DNA from: Candidatus Methanomethylophilaceae archaeon
GTDB taxonomy: Archaea; Thermoplasmatota; Thermoplasmata; Methanomassiliicoccales; Methanomethylophilaceae
Assembly (NCBI GenBank): GCA_944320495.1
Contig: CALUHR010000013.1
Span: forward strand, 96,001 to 160,000
DNA: 64,000 bases
Direction of reading: 5' to 3'
Part shown: positions 20,515 to 31,600 of the stretch, in pieces
Numbering within the stretch: the first letter of the stretch is position 1
Layout of the letters: each line of letters starts with the position of its first letter
Notes under the pieces: generated by a model
The model's database searches: none
Told to the model about the DNA's origin: nothing
The model's input: only the letters and a program-made list of their open reading frames with translations
Position numbers and translations under genes: made by a program

Positions 20515-22383
20515 TCACTGCTCCAGCAGCTTCTTGATGGACTTGGTGAGCAGGTCGCTCGCCTGCTTCCCATCGACCTTTCCGCGCAGGGCGCCCATGA
20601 CCGGACCCATCAGCGGACCTACGGATGCCATGCCCCTCTCGCGGACGAAGGCCTCGCGCTCCCTCACAATGGAGTCGATGATGCCCTCTGCCTCCGAGGA
20701 GTCCATGGCGCCGAGGCCGAGCTTGGAGATGGCGGCCTCCGGCTTGGTGCCGGAGCACATCTCCCTCAGGAGGACCGGCAGGGCCTCCTTGGCGAAGCGC
20801 CCGTCCTTCAGGAGGGAGAACGCCTCGATCATGTCCCCCTCGGGGATGGACAGCGGGTCGAGCCCGTCGTGCTCCAGCTCGCCGAAGGTATTCAGCACCG
20901 TCGTGGCGGCGATGGCGGACATCCCGTCGGCGGCGAGCATCTCGAAGAGCTCGTCCAGACCCTTCCTGACGATCTGCCTGGACTGCTGCTCGTTGACGCC
21001 GTAGTCCTTCACGAGACGGGCCTCGATCTGCTCCGGGAACTCGGGCATGGACGCGCGGACGGCGGCCATGCGCTCCTCCGTGATGAGGGTGGGCGGCACG
21101 TCCGTCTCGGGATACATCCTGGCGGCCCCGGGCAGAGGCCTGGAGTACTTGGTGGTCCCGTCCGGGAGCGGGTCGCGGGTCTCCTCCGGCACTCCGACCA
21201 AGGCCTCGTTCGCCCTGGCGACGGCGACCTCGAGGGCCTCGGTGGCCTTCTTCTCCTTGGCGGCGCAGATGACGAACGCGTCGAACTCGGCGGTCATGCC
21301 GAGACGCTCCCTCAGGGCGTCGACGTAGGACTGCTCGATCCCGTAGTTGGGCAGCTCGTCCGAATGGAAGATGCCCTTGACGCCGCGGGTGCGGGCGCGC
21401 TGGGCCATCTCGGACCCGAGCCTGAGGGTCTTGTTGTCCCCGTTCATGACGCCGGCGAATCCTGGCAGGCGCACTGCAATCACCTTGCCCTTGTCCGAGA
21501 GCGCGCCCTTGATGACCTTGGACTCGCAGTCGGCGAATATGTCCGTCACATCCTCGGTGACGAAGTCGACGGGCCTGGTGCCCCTCCCGTTGAGTATGTC
21601 CTTGACACGGATCAGCATCCTCTGCCTGGCGACCTCGTTCCTCACGTAGTCTGGGATGAGCTTCAGGTCCCCGACCCCTTTGAGCTCTATGCGGGCCCCT
21701 CCGGGGATGGAGATGTTCAGGTCCTGGCGGATGGTGCCGATGCCGCGCTTCACACGCCTGGTGGCCCTCAGGAGGGTGCCGATGCGGTACGCGACCTCCT
21801 GGACCTCCTCCGGGGTGCGCATGTCCGGGCCGGTGGCGACCTCGATCAGGGGGATCCCCAGACGGTCCAGCCTGTAGAGGATCTCGTCGCCCTTGGTCTC
21901 GACCTTCCTGGCGGCGTCCTCCTCCAGGCAGACCGACAGGATCGAGATGTCCCTGTCCCCCGCCTTCACGTGTCCGTCGGTGGATATGAGGGCAGTCCTC
22001 TGGAACCCAGAGGTGTTGGACCCGTCGACGACGATCTTCCTCATGAAGTGGATCTCGTCGATGACGTTCGCGCCGAGCATCTCCGAGAAGGTGAGCGCAA
22101 TCTGCATCGCGTCGGGGTTCACGCCGTGGGGCGGCTCCTCGTCCAGCTCCACGAGGCACGAGGTGCCCTCGCAGCACTGGTAGCGGTATCCCATGTGCCT
22201 CTGGAACTGTGCCAGCGCGGCGCGGTCGATCTCGCCCATCTCGCTGGTGGTGGGCCTGAGCTTCCTGAAGTAGGCGCCCTGGCCGTCGTCGCAGAGATGG
22301 CTGTCGCAGTCGCAGAACAGCTTCTTGGTATCGAGCTGCTGGTGGATCTCGATGCCGCACATCATCTCGTAGTCTTCACTCAT
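20515..22383 (-). CDS. gatE: Glu-tRNA(Gln) amidotransferase subunit E
   Basis: GIEIHQQL, KIVVDGSNTSGFQRT, LEEDAARK, DRLGIPLIE, PGAARMYPETD. Confidence 0.97.
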   Translation of the reverse strand: MSEDYEMMCGIEIHQQLDTKKLFCDCDSHLCDDGQGAYFRKLRPTTSEMGEIDRAALAQFQRHMGYRYQCCEGTSCLVELDEEPPHGVNPDAMQIALTFSEMLGANVIDEIHFMRKIVVDGSNTSGFQRTALISTDGHVKAGDRDISILSVCLEEDAARKVETKGDEILYRLDRLGIPLIEVATGPDMRTPEEVQEVAYRIGTLLRATRRVKRGIGTIRQDLNISIPGGARIELKGVGDLKLIPDYVRNEVARQRMLIRVKDILNGRGTRPVDFVTEDVTDIFADCESKVIKGALSDKGKVIAVRLPGFAGVMNGDNKTLRLGSEMAQRARTRGVKGIFHSDELPNYGIEQSYVDALRERLGMTAEFDAFVICAAKEKKATEALEVAVARANEALVGVPEETRDPLPDGTTKYSRPLPGAARMYPETDVPPTLITEERMAAVRASMPEFPEQIEARLVKDYGVNEQQSRQIVRKGLDELFEMLAADGMSAIAATTVLNTFGELEHDGLDPLSIPEGDMIEAFSLLKDGRFAKEALPVLLREMCSGTKPEAAISKLGLGAMDSSEAEGIIDSIVREREAFVRERGMASVGPLMGPVMGALRGKVDGKQASDLLTKSIKKLLEQ

Positions 22384-23674
22384 CGATGGTCCTCCTGTCT
22401 GACATCTCGTCGGCGAGCGGGGTCGCCATCATCTCCCTGGCCTCCTCCGGCGAGGAAGTGTTGGCGAGGACCCACATCAGCTTGACGTAGGCGGTCTCGG
22501 GGAGCATGTCCAGGACGGTGACGACGCCCGCCTTGAGCATGTCCCTGCCAGTGTTGTACACGTTGAGGTTCGTCCTGCCGTTGAGGCACTGGCTCGTCAC
22601 CACGACGACAGTGCCGTTCTCGGTGGCCCTCCTGATGAGGGGGATCATGCCCTCGTTCACGTGACCCAGGCCGGAGCCGGCGATGACGACACCCTTGGAT
22701 TTCATGAAGATGGGCTCGAAGAGCTCCGGGTCCATGCCGGGGTAGTACTGCAGGAGGACGCACGACCTCTCCATGGCGGTCCTGGCGACGGCCTTGCCGT
22801 CCCTGACGGCTGGCCCGTCGGTGCGGACCTCCATCCTTCCGGATGCGTCCAGATGGGCGACGGGGAGCGCGTTGATCGAATGGAACGCGTCCCTGCGGGA
22901 GGTGTGCATCTTCCTCACGCGGGTGCCGAGGTGCACCGCGAAGGAGTCGTCACCGGGGGTGTCGTGCATGACGACGTAGACGCCGGCACGGTCCGCCTTC
23001 GTGGCGAAGCGGGCGCAGGCCATCAGGTTGCTGGACGCGTCCGAGGAGGGGCGGTCCGACGAGCGCTGCGCGCCCACCAGGATGACAGGCTTGGGGACGT
23101 CTCCGAGCATGAAGGAGAGCGCGGCGGCGGTGTAGCCCATGGTGTCCGTCCCGTGGGGGATGATCACCGCGTCGGCGCCGCCGTTGATCTCGTCGGCGAC
23201 GGCCTGGGCGAGCTCCTGCCAGTGGGCGGGGTCCATGTTCTCGGAGAATATCGAGAAAAGGACACGGGCGTCGATGTTGGCGATCTCCCTGATCTCCGGG
23301 ACGGCGTTGACCATGTCGGAGGTGGAGAGCGCGGGGTGGACGGCCCCGGTCCTGTAGTCGACGTAGGACGCGATGGTCCCTCCGGTACCGATGAGGACGA
23401 TCTTGGGCAGACCCTCACGGAACTCCACGGGCTGCTCGGACCTGGTCCTCTGGACGGGCTGCTCGATAACCTCGATGACGGTGGAGTCGGTGATCGCGAT
23501 GCCGACGTTGTATCCGCTCTTGACCTTGAGGATCAGCACGTCCGGCGAGCTGAACTCGTGGTGGGGCATCAGCGTCCCCTCGAAGACCCTCCCCTCCTTG
23601 GAGACCCTCAGCCTGGTGCCCTCGGTGGCACCTATGGCGCTCAGGGTGCCGGAGAGCGATTCGGAATAGCTCAT
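22376..23674 (-). CDS. gatD: Glu-tRNA(Gln) amidotransferase subunit D
   Basis: KSGYNVG, TGGTIASYVDYRTGAV, HGTDTMGY, QRSSDRPSSD, RKMHTSRRDAF. Confidence 0.97.
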   Translation of the reverse strand: MSYSESLSGTLSAIGATEGTRLRVSKEGRVFEGTLMPHHEFSSPDVLILKVKSGYNVGIAITDSTVIEVIEQPVQRTRSEQPVEFREGLPKIVLIGTGGTIASYVDYRTGAVHPALSTSDMVNAVPEIREIANIDARVLFSIFSENMDPAHWQELAQAVADEINGGADAVIIPHGTDTMGYTAAALSFMLGDVPKPVILVGAQRSSDRPSSDASSNLMACARFATKADRAGVYVVMHDTPGDDSFAVHLGTRVRKMHTSRRDAFHSINALPVAHLDASGRMEVRTDGPAVRDGKAVARTAMERSCVLLQYYPGMDPELFEPIFMKSKGVVIAGSGLGHVNEGMIPLIRRATENGTVVVVTSQCLNGRTNLNVYNTGRDMLKAGVVTVLDMLPETAYVKLMWVLANTSSPEEAREMMATPLADEMSDRRTIDE

Positions 23675-23792
23675 GGTTGAGAGTATCTGCACATCTGATA
23701 AGAGGTTTGGGCAGTGCGGTCGGGTTGGACGTCGTGGGATCCGCCTGCGGAGGTCGGGTGCATTTATCATCCCGTAATCGATACATATATTC

Positions 23793-25439
23793 ATGAAGAA
23801 GGTGAACACCAGCGGGCTGTCGTTCCGGGACATCCGCGAGGGAGGGAAGTACTACGTCGACAAATCTCTCCTCATCAAGGACATGCTTGATACGGACGAC
23901 CGTGGGGTCTTCCTCTACACCCGCCCCCGCAGGTTCGGCAAGACCACCAACCTCACCATGCTCGACGCCTTCTTCAACATCGAATACAAAGGGAACACAT
24001 GGTTCGACGGGCTCGCCATCTCCGAACACCCGGACTGCATGTGCCAGATGAGCAGATATCCTGTGATACTCCTCGACCTGAAAGACCTCGCGGCCGAGGG
24101 CAACAACGATTACGGAATCTTCGTATCGAGGGTGAAGAAGGTCCTGAGCGACCTGTACAACCGCTTCACCTACCTTCTCGACTCACCGAGGATCGGTGAC
24201 AGGGACAGGAGGCTCTTCGAATCCGTCCTGTACATGGATGCCGACGAGAACGTGCTCGCGGATGCCGTCAGGGACCTATCCAGGATGCTGCACCTCTTCC
24301 ATGGGGAGCGGACGGTCATCCTGGTGGACGAGTACGACCAGTCGATAACCCAGACGTTCGGCGATGCTTTGCAGGAGCGTGTCATCGGATTCCTGAGACT
24401 CCTGCTGTCCAGCGCACTGAAGTCCAACGGCGACCTCCAGATGGCCTACGTCACGGGCGTGATGCAGGTCGCTAAGGCAGGGTTCTTCTCCGGGATGAAC
24501 AACATCAGCATCAACAACACGTTCTCCGTAGAGTCGGACGAGCGCTTCGGTTTCACCGAACCGGAGGTCAGGGACATCCTGTCGTACTACGGCCATCCGG
24601 AGAAGTTCGACGAGGCGAGGGATTGGTACGACGGGTACCGCTTCGGGGACGCCGAGGTGTACAACCCGTTCAGCATAATGACCTACGTCCAGAGGGGATT
24701 CCAACCGGACAGCTACTGGCGCGACTCGAGCAGGAACACCCCAATGTTGTGGATGCTGGAGAGGGCCGGCGCCATAGGGTTGCAGGCCGTTGCGGACCTG
24801 GTCAACGGCGGGACCATGGTGTCCGAGCTCCATCGGACGGTGAGCTACGACGAGATGAGACTCAACGACCCCGTCGACCTGCTCTCTCTGATGGTCATGA
24901 CCGGATACCTGAACGCCATCCCTAAGGGGGACGGACTCTACGAGCTGTCCGTCCCCAACAGGGAGGCCATGGGCATCGTGGATTCGCTCCTGAGCAGGAA
25001 CAGGCGCATCGGGAACGATGCGTTCGAGAGGTTCAACGCCGCGGTGCTGGACGGGGATGCGGCGGCCATGACGGAAGTCCTCCAGAGCGTCCTCGCCGAT
25101 GGCAGCTACTTCTCGCTGAGGGACGAGTCGTCGTATGAGAACATAGTCCTCACGATGATGCACGGGATGCTTCGCGGGTACAGGATAACCTCCCAAAAGG
25201 AGTCCGGGAACGGGAGAGCGGACCTCGTGCTGGAACTGAGGGACGAGGGGTCCGTTCCCATAATCCTCGAGCTGAAGGTGTCGGACTCGGAGGGCTCCCT
25301 CGATTCCGACGCTGAGAGCGCGATAGCACAGATCCACGACAAGAACTACTATCTCGGCATGAGGGGCGACGTCATACTGATCGGCCTCGCGTTCCGCGGC
25401 AAGCTCGTCCGCGGGAAGGTCGAGAGGCTCCGCCTGCGA
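23793..25439 (+). CDS. AAA-ATPase-like protein with PD-(D/E)XK (PDDEXK_9-like) C-terminus (ends at CGA 25437-25439)
   Basis: YYVDKS, RPRRFGKT, LVDEYD, WYDGY...YNPFS, ESGNGRADL, ILELK, AIAQIHDKNY; ends GKVERLRL. Confidence 0.88.
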
Positions 25440-25492
25440 GGACGGACGCGCAGACCGCCGGCCATTCGGGAAGGGGATGACATGGAGGACCC

Positions 25493-26038
25493 ATGACCGC
25501 GCGCGACGATCCCGACGTCAGGGACAGCAGGCTGATGAGCAGGATACTGCGCCACTGCCCCGAGAGATACGGGGTCGCCCTGGACCGCGACGGGTGGGCA
25601 TCGGTGGAGGGGCTCAGCAGGGGCTCCGGACTCCAGGCGGAGCGCATAATCCGCATAGCGGAGACCAACACCAGGTACGAGCTGTCCCCCGACGGAGGGA
25701 GGATAAGGGCGCTCCACGGCCACAGCGTCGACGTCGGATACGGGGCGCCCGTGTCCCCTCCGGACGTGCTCTACCACGGCACCAGCAGGGAGAACCTGAA
25801 GGGGATCATGGCCTCGGGTGCGATACTCCCGATGAGGCGCACCATGGTCCACCTGTCGGTCTCCGTGGAGAGGGCGGAGGAGGTCGGCAGGAGGCACGGT
25901 GAGCCCGTCGTCATATCCGTGGATGCCAGGAGGATGGCCGGGAGCGGGTTCGAGTTCTTTCTCTCGGGGGACGGGGTGTACCTCACGGAGAGGGTGCCGA
26001 CGGGATACTTCCTGGTCGTGACCGATATGGGGGATCGA
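25493..26038 (+). CDS. kptA: RNA 2'-phosphotransferase Tpt1/KptA (ends at CGA 26036-26038)
   Basis: SRILRH, IRALHGHS, LYHGT, RRTMVHLS, VYLTERVP; 181 aa. Confidence 0.9.
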
Positions 26039-26380
26039 TCGCAGGGTCCTGTCGATCCTGTGTATCTCCTCGTACTGCTCTAGGACCTCGCCGTCCTCGC
26101 GCATCTCGCCGCAGATGATGAAATCGGCGGCCTGCAGATGGTTGGCCACCCTCGTCCCGCCGGGGGTGATCGTGTAGAACCTCGTGACGTGCTTCCCCGT
26201 CTCGAGGTATGTGTCGGCCATTCCCAGCTCGACGAGCCTGCGGCCGATCCTGGAGGCCGTGGTGTAGTTCGAACCGAACCTGTAGAGGTCGCCCTCCTTG
26301 ATGCGGCCCTTGTAGCTCAGAAACATGATGGCATCCGCTATGTACCTTTCCGACAACGGGGATACATCGTTGCGTGCCAC
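26039..26380 (-). CDS. Small winged-helix DNA-binding protein (ends at CGA 26041-26039)
   Basis: HTH-like core TTASRIGRRLVELGM followed by wing FYTITPGGTRVANHL; 113 aa; its stop abuts the kptA stop. Confidence 0.6.
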
Positions 26381-26481
26381 ACGATGTTAGTGCAAGACGG
26401 GTTTTATCCAGATTTTCATTTATAAACTAAGTCTATATTCAATTCTAAAGAAGATATTCAATTCTTATAGTATGTAATCAG

Positions 26482-27927
26482 ATGTGGATTTTGATTCGAA
26501 TGAATGCGCGCCTCAAAGCCATCATGACCATAACGGCGATTCTGATAATGTGCGGAGCATTCGTAATGATGAGCGAGAAGGCGTGCGCCGAAGAGGGCGC
26601 ATCCCCGACCTTGGATTCCGATGCGACCGCTTATGCCTCTGGACCACAGGTCAACGGAAAGGTCACCAACGGAACATATACGGAAACATACGATGAAAGC
26701 AGTGGCACACTCACCTTCGTCATAAAACCCAACAGCGGCTACTATCTGCCAGACACGGTTTCCGAGACCCATGGTGGGACCACCAATTGGTCGGTAAACA
26801 ACAGCAGAAACGAAGGCACACTAACCTTCACAAACGTAGGCTCCAGCGTCAGTTTCACAGTAATATGTGACAGACCCGAATTCACGGTGAACGTCGACCG
26901 CGGTTCTTACTCCACATCGTACTCGCCTAGCACCGACACGTACACGATCACGATCCGCGCCAACTCCGGATACGTGGTCCCCGAGGACGTCTCCGTGTCC
27001 TCCTACAATTACAGCTGGAACCCCAACAGCTCCAGGAGCTCAGGAACCCTGTACATCTACGACGTCGGATACAACGACAGCGGCAGGGTCAGCGTCGACT
27101 GCATCAAGGTCGTGCCGGTGACCGTGAGCATCACCACGGGAAAGACGATGTCCTCCGTCAGCCTCGGTAACGCCATCCCCGGCGAGACCTTCTACGGGAA
27201 CCTCCCCTCCAGGACCGGGTACGACTACCCGTCGAGCATCTCGATCAAAGCAGGGAACTCCACGGTCAGCTCCAGCAGGTACAGCTACAACAGCAACAGC
27301 GGATCTTTCAGCATCCAGTCGTCGGCGTTCTCCAGCAGCACGTCGTCGATAACGGTCACGGCCAACTACCAGGCCGAGCGGTACAGCGTCTCTGCCGATA
27401 TCGAGCGCGGCGACGTAACGTACTCCGGTTCGCCCGCGTACGAGCAGACGTTCTCCATCCAGATCGTCCCCGACGACGGGTATGCCTACCCGGACAGCGT
27501 CAGGGTCACCAACGGGACCGCATCCACCGGTTGGACATACGATCCCGACACCGGGGTCGTGACCATCTCCAGCGTCAGGGGGGCCATCAAGGTCACCGGG
27601 ACCTGCGACGCAGGCACCTACTCGATCATCTACCACGACGGGAACGAGACGCTCAACCTGAGCCCGAGCCAGTACACGTACAACATCAGGTGCATCCTCC
27701 CCGAGGATGTGGAGAAGCCCAGCTTCATCTTCGTGAAATGGGTGGATTCCGAGGGGAACGAGGTGACGGAGGTGCCCCTCGGCACATTCGGAGAATTCCA
27801 CGTCTACGCCGAGTTCGTCGACGACCTCAGCGACGTGAACGTCGGACTGTACAAGACGCTGTGCTACATCGGAGCGGCCCTCTCGGCCGTGTTCATCGTG
27901 GTACTCGCCTACGTCTCCAGGAAGTGA
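26482..27927 (+). CDS. Secreted, membrane-anchored surface protein with beta-rich repeats
   Basis: Signal-like N-terminus, repeats of T.TI.(P/A)..GY..P..V...W...G.L.I..V, Ser/Thr-rich, C-terminal TM plus RK. Confidence 0.75.
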   Translation: MWILIRMNARLKAIMTITAILIMCGAFVMMSEKACAEEGASPTLDSDATAYASGPQVNGKVTNGTYTETYDESSGTLTFVIKPNSGYYLPDTVSETHGGTTNWSVNNSRNEGTLTFTNVGSSVSFTVICDRPEFTVNVDRGSYSTSYSPSTDTYTITIRANSGYVVPEDVSVSSYNYSWNPNSSRSSGTLYIYDVGYNDSGRVSVDCIKVVPVTVSITTGKTMSSVSLGNAIPGETFYGNLPSRTGYDYPSSISIKAGNSTVSSSRYSYNSNSGSFSIQSSAFSSSTSSITVTANYQAERYSVSADIERGDVTYSGSPAYEQTFSIQIVPDDGYAYPDSVRVTNGTASTGWTYDPDTGVVTISSVRGAIKVTGTCDAGTYSIIYHDGNETLNLSPSQYTYNIRCILPEDVEKPSFIFVKWVDSEGNEVTEVPLGTFGEFHVYAEFVDDLSDVNVGLYKTLCYIGAALSAVFIVVLAYVSRK

Positions 27928-27932
27928 TTTGT

Positions 27933-28613
27933 ATGGATCCAAAGAGATGTGATACGTTCGGATCAATCGCCTGGGTACTCGTGATCGGAGGGCTCCTGAT
28001 ACTGGCCATGGTATTCCTTGATATCATGCATACCGCCAGATTGGATACGAATGTTGCGATCTGTGCTCTGCTTGCACTAGGAGGCCCCCTTTTCGCATCC
28101 ATAATCAGCAGAATAGTCCTCCGCAATGACCAATCCAGCGAGAACGACAGATACTACAAGATCTGGCGCATCGACACCCTGGTCTACCTCTACATGATGC
28201 TGATGGCCTGCATCAGCTTCGCGATGTTCATCGAGGCGGGATATGAGACTTCGTCGAGAGAGACACTCGGGCGGACAATGGCGGTCATCTACATACTGCT
28301 GATGATCTGGCTGCCATTCCTCGTAATCAACTGCATCTGCTTCCTCTTCGCGGTCCGCGACCATAACAGAACATCCGCGGCCAGATCGAATGATTTCTAC
28401 AAGGGCCTCCAGGTCATCCTTCTGCAGATCGACGAGATGAACGGCGTCGTCGCTCCGAAGGAGAAGGGCACTAAGACAAAGTTCGGCAAGAAGGGCGGCA
28501 AGAAGGGAGCCGACGGGGTTCTGCCGATCAAAGAGACGAACGCCGTTGACACACAGCAGGACGAGAAGCCCAAGATGAAGCTCAGAAAGAGGGAAAAGAA
28601 GGGAGGTGAGTGA
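27933..28613 (+). CDS. Hypothetical 4-TM membrane protein with Lys-rich cytoplasmic tail
   Basis: ATG 27933, four hydrophobic segments, basic tail; overlaps the kinase start. Confidence 0.65.
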   Translation: MDPKRCDTFGSIAWVLVIGGLLILAMVFLDIMHTARLDTNVAICALLALGGPLFASIISRIVLRNDQSSENDRYYKIWRIDTLVYLYMMLMACISFAMFIEAGYETSSRETLGRTMAVIYILLMIWLPFLVINCICFLFAVRDHNRTSAARSNDFYKGLQVILLQIDEMNGVVAPKEKGTKTKFGKKGGKKGADGVLPIKETNAVDTQQDEKPKMKLRKREKKGGE

Positions 28614-31600
28614 GATGGTCAGAATCAAGAAGGACGCTTCGGGAGAATCGGCCGAAGAGAAGCCCAAGAAGGGATTCAGTATAAAGAGGGTCGAGAAGAA
28701 CGACCATGCAGCCTCCAACAGGACGAAGAACCACGGGGAAGCGACCCGGGTAACGGACCCTGATGATGCGGCAGATAGGGAAGGATTCGTCGGATCTGCA
28801 GGATACGGCCATGACGACCGGACTGAGAGTCCGACCGATGAGACGGCTGCGAAAACCCCCAACGGCGGATTGCTCAGCGGGAAGAAGAACAGCGATGGCA
28901 CGCCCCGCGACACCAAGAACCCGCGGATGCCTGTGAAAAATCCTGGGAAGAAGGAGACGAGCCAGGAGGACCTGACCAAGCGCAAGGTGGATGACATCTG
29001 CAGCAACATCAATAAGGTCTTCAACAACGTCGAAGCGGGAATCATCTCCAACGAGGACTACATCAAGGTAGTCGACTTCCTGCTGAAGTACAACCGTTTC
29101 GACACCGTGGTCATGGCTACGGAGCATGTCGGCTCCGGCAAATACTCTCTAAGAGCCAGGCTGATCGCCCAGAAGACTGGGGAACTGCTCGCCGCCAACG
29201 ACCTGAGGACGCTGTACAACCTCTACGGTCACGAGGTCCTCTCCGATTCCATCATAGATAACAGATGCGACCTCGGAGAATACCTGGACAGTTACATACA
29301 ACGCAACGCCAAGGCCATCGAGGCCGTCCCGAAGGCCGTCGAGGACCTGAAGCGCGCGTTCCCGTCCGCATCATACTACCCGAGGATGATCGATGAGAGT
29401 TCCGTAAGGGTGTCCTCGAACTACGCGAACGAGGACATCATCAGATGCGACGACTTCAACGGCCTGGATGCCCAGTACAACAGATACAAACAGAGACTGG
29501 AGATCATTCTGGGTTCGGATGTGTTCAAGCAGGCCTACACCAACAGGTTCAAGGCGATCGTGTCGGACATCGACAGGATCGAGGAACTGAAGCCGATACT
29601 CCTGACCCTCGACACGAACATGAACCCGTTCCTGGAACCGTCTGGTCAGATCCTGGCGGACAGGATGGATGAGCTGGTCTGCCATTACATGCACTCCCCC
29701 GGACGCATGGATGAGCTCAACAACCAGTTCAACCGCGCCAACACCGATGTCAAGGACCGCGTCTCGGAATCATACTTCCAGAACGTCGTCCGCATCCTCT
29801 CCAACAGTTCTCACAGCGTGGAGGAACTGTCAGAGGACTACAGGGCGGTCAACTGGGGATATATGCACACCGACGGCAGAGATAGCATCGTCGTCGACGT
29901 CTACTGCAAGAACATCGTCGCCCATATACTGCCGCTGGTCACAAGCAGCATACCCGCCCTCAAATCCTCGGTGCCCAGGGACGATGGCCGCGTGTCCAAG
30001 CGTCTGGCCGAGCTCGTCATCGGACCTGTCTCCAACGGCGACGTGCCCTTCGACAGCCTCTACGCCTGGCTGGAGTACTTCCAGAACGTCACCGATAAGA
30101 GCAACGAGGTGAGCCTCGTCGATTCCAAGATCTGCCTCCAGATTGGGAAGGGATTGATCCAGAACAATCCCGAGGAGGCGTTGGCATACTTCCAGATGGC
30201 GGTCCACGAGGATCTGGGCGGGCTGGAGGTCTACGCCATACTCATCAAAGCACAGAAGAGCCTCGACGACGGCAACACCGGCATGGCGCTGAAGTACGCC
30301 CATGATGCGATCCTGAACAACCCGCGGATGACCTGTGCCGGAAAGGCGTTCTCAGCCTATGTGTCCAACATAAGCACCCCGGGAGAGCTATCGTTCTGCG
30401 AATCCGTGGATTCGTTCATCGACGAGATGAACAACCTGGACCAGATCATCAGCTCCACTACGCTGGACTACATCGCGATGGCCTACTGCGCGGGCAACCT
30501 GTCCCGCGTCGACCTCGTGGGAAAACTCGCTGGTCTGAAGACCGAGAAGAGCAAGTTCTTCGAGGCGTTCTGCGAGACTATCCGCGGAATAGAGCTCCTG
30601 CGTGGGGAATCCTTCGGCGAGGCCCTGGACGCCTTCTCGGAATCCATGGACCTGGCCAGCGACGACGAGCGCCTGACCTATCTCAACAGGATGGGCTACT
30701 CGGCATGCCTATGGGCGACCAACTCCGAGATGACGGCTGGCAATCTGAAGTCCATATGCGAGGAGGCCCAGCGCATGTCCAGCGTCAGGATCGACATCTG
30801 GATGTCCCTGTACATCTCCGGACTGGTGGATGACCACCAGCTCTCGTGGAACTATGCGGCGGACAAGTACATCAGGGCAATGGACTACGTCTTCGACAAG
30901 ACGGAACTCAGGATCCTGGCATCCCGCATGTACATCAAGATGAACGAGCCGGCCGAGGCGAAGAGGATCCTCGAGGGCAACAACGACAACGTGTCGGAGA
31001 TCATGCGCCTCGAGATCGACTTCCTCGTGGGAGCCACCGGAACGGCCACCCGCCCCAGGGGCAGCATCGAGAAGCTCTCCCTGGAGACCCCGTATCAGCG
31101 CGCCCTGGCGGACCGCCTGCTCGGTATGGCCGAGGACTACCACAACGTGTGGGGCAAAGCCGCCGACAAGTACGGCGAGGGGCTGAAGGAGCTGGCCAAC
31201 TCCAAGAGGCGTCGCGACGTCCTGATGAGGGCCGACCTGTACCGCAAGCGCGCCAAGGCCCAGTACAAGGTCTCCAGACAGAACCTCGCCAAGGTCAACG
31301 AGGACTACGAGGCCGCCATCGAACTCCTTCTCAACATGGACGACGGGACCAGCGAGTTCAAGCAGATGATGGAGGACATCGAGAAGGAGAAGGCATCCGT
31401 CAACTCCTCGACAGAGGTCGTAGAGGAGTCCCCGAGGGACATGTCCGTCAAGGCGCTGGATTTCGGAGGCATCGACCTCGTCATGAGGGGAGGCCCCATC
31501 GGGAAGGGAGGGACGTACAACGTGTACGCCGCCAGCTCGACCGACGGCAGGAGATACGCCGTGAGGCTCCTGAAGAGGATCGACCCCTACGTCACCGCGA

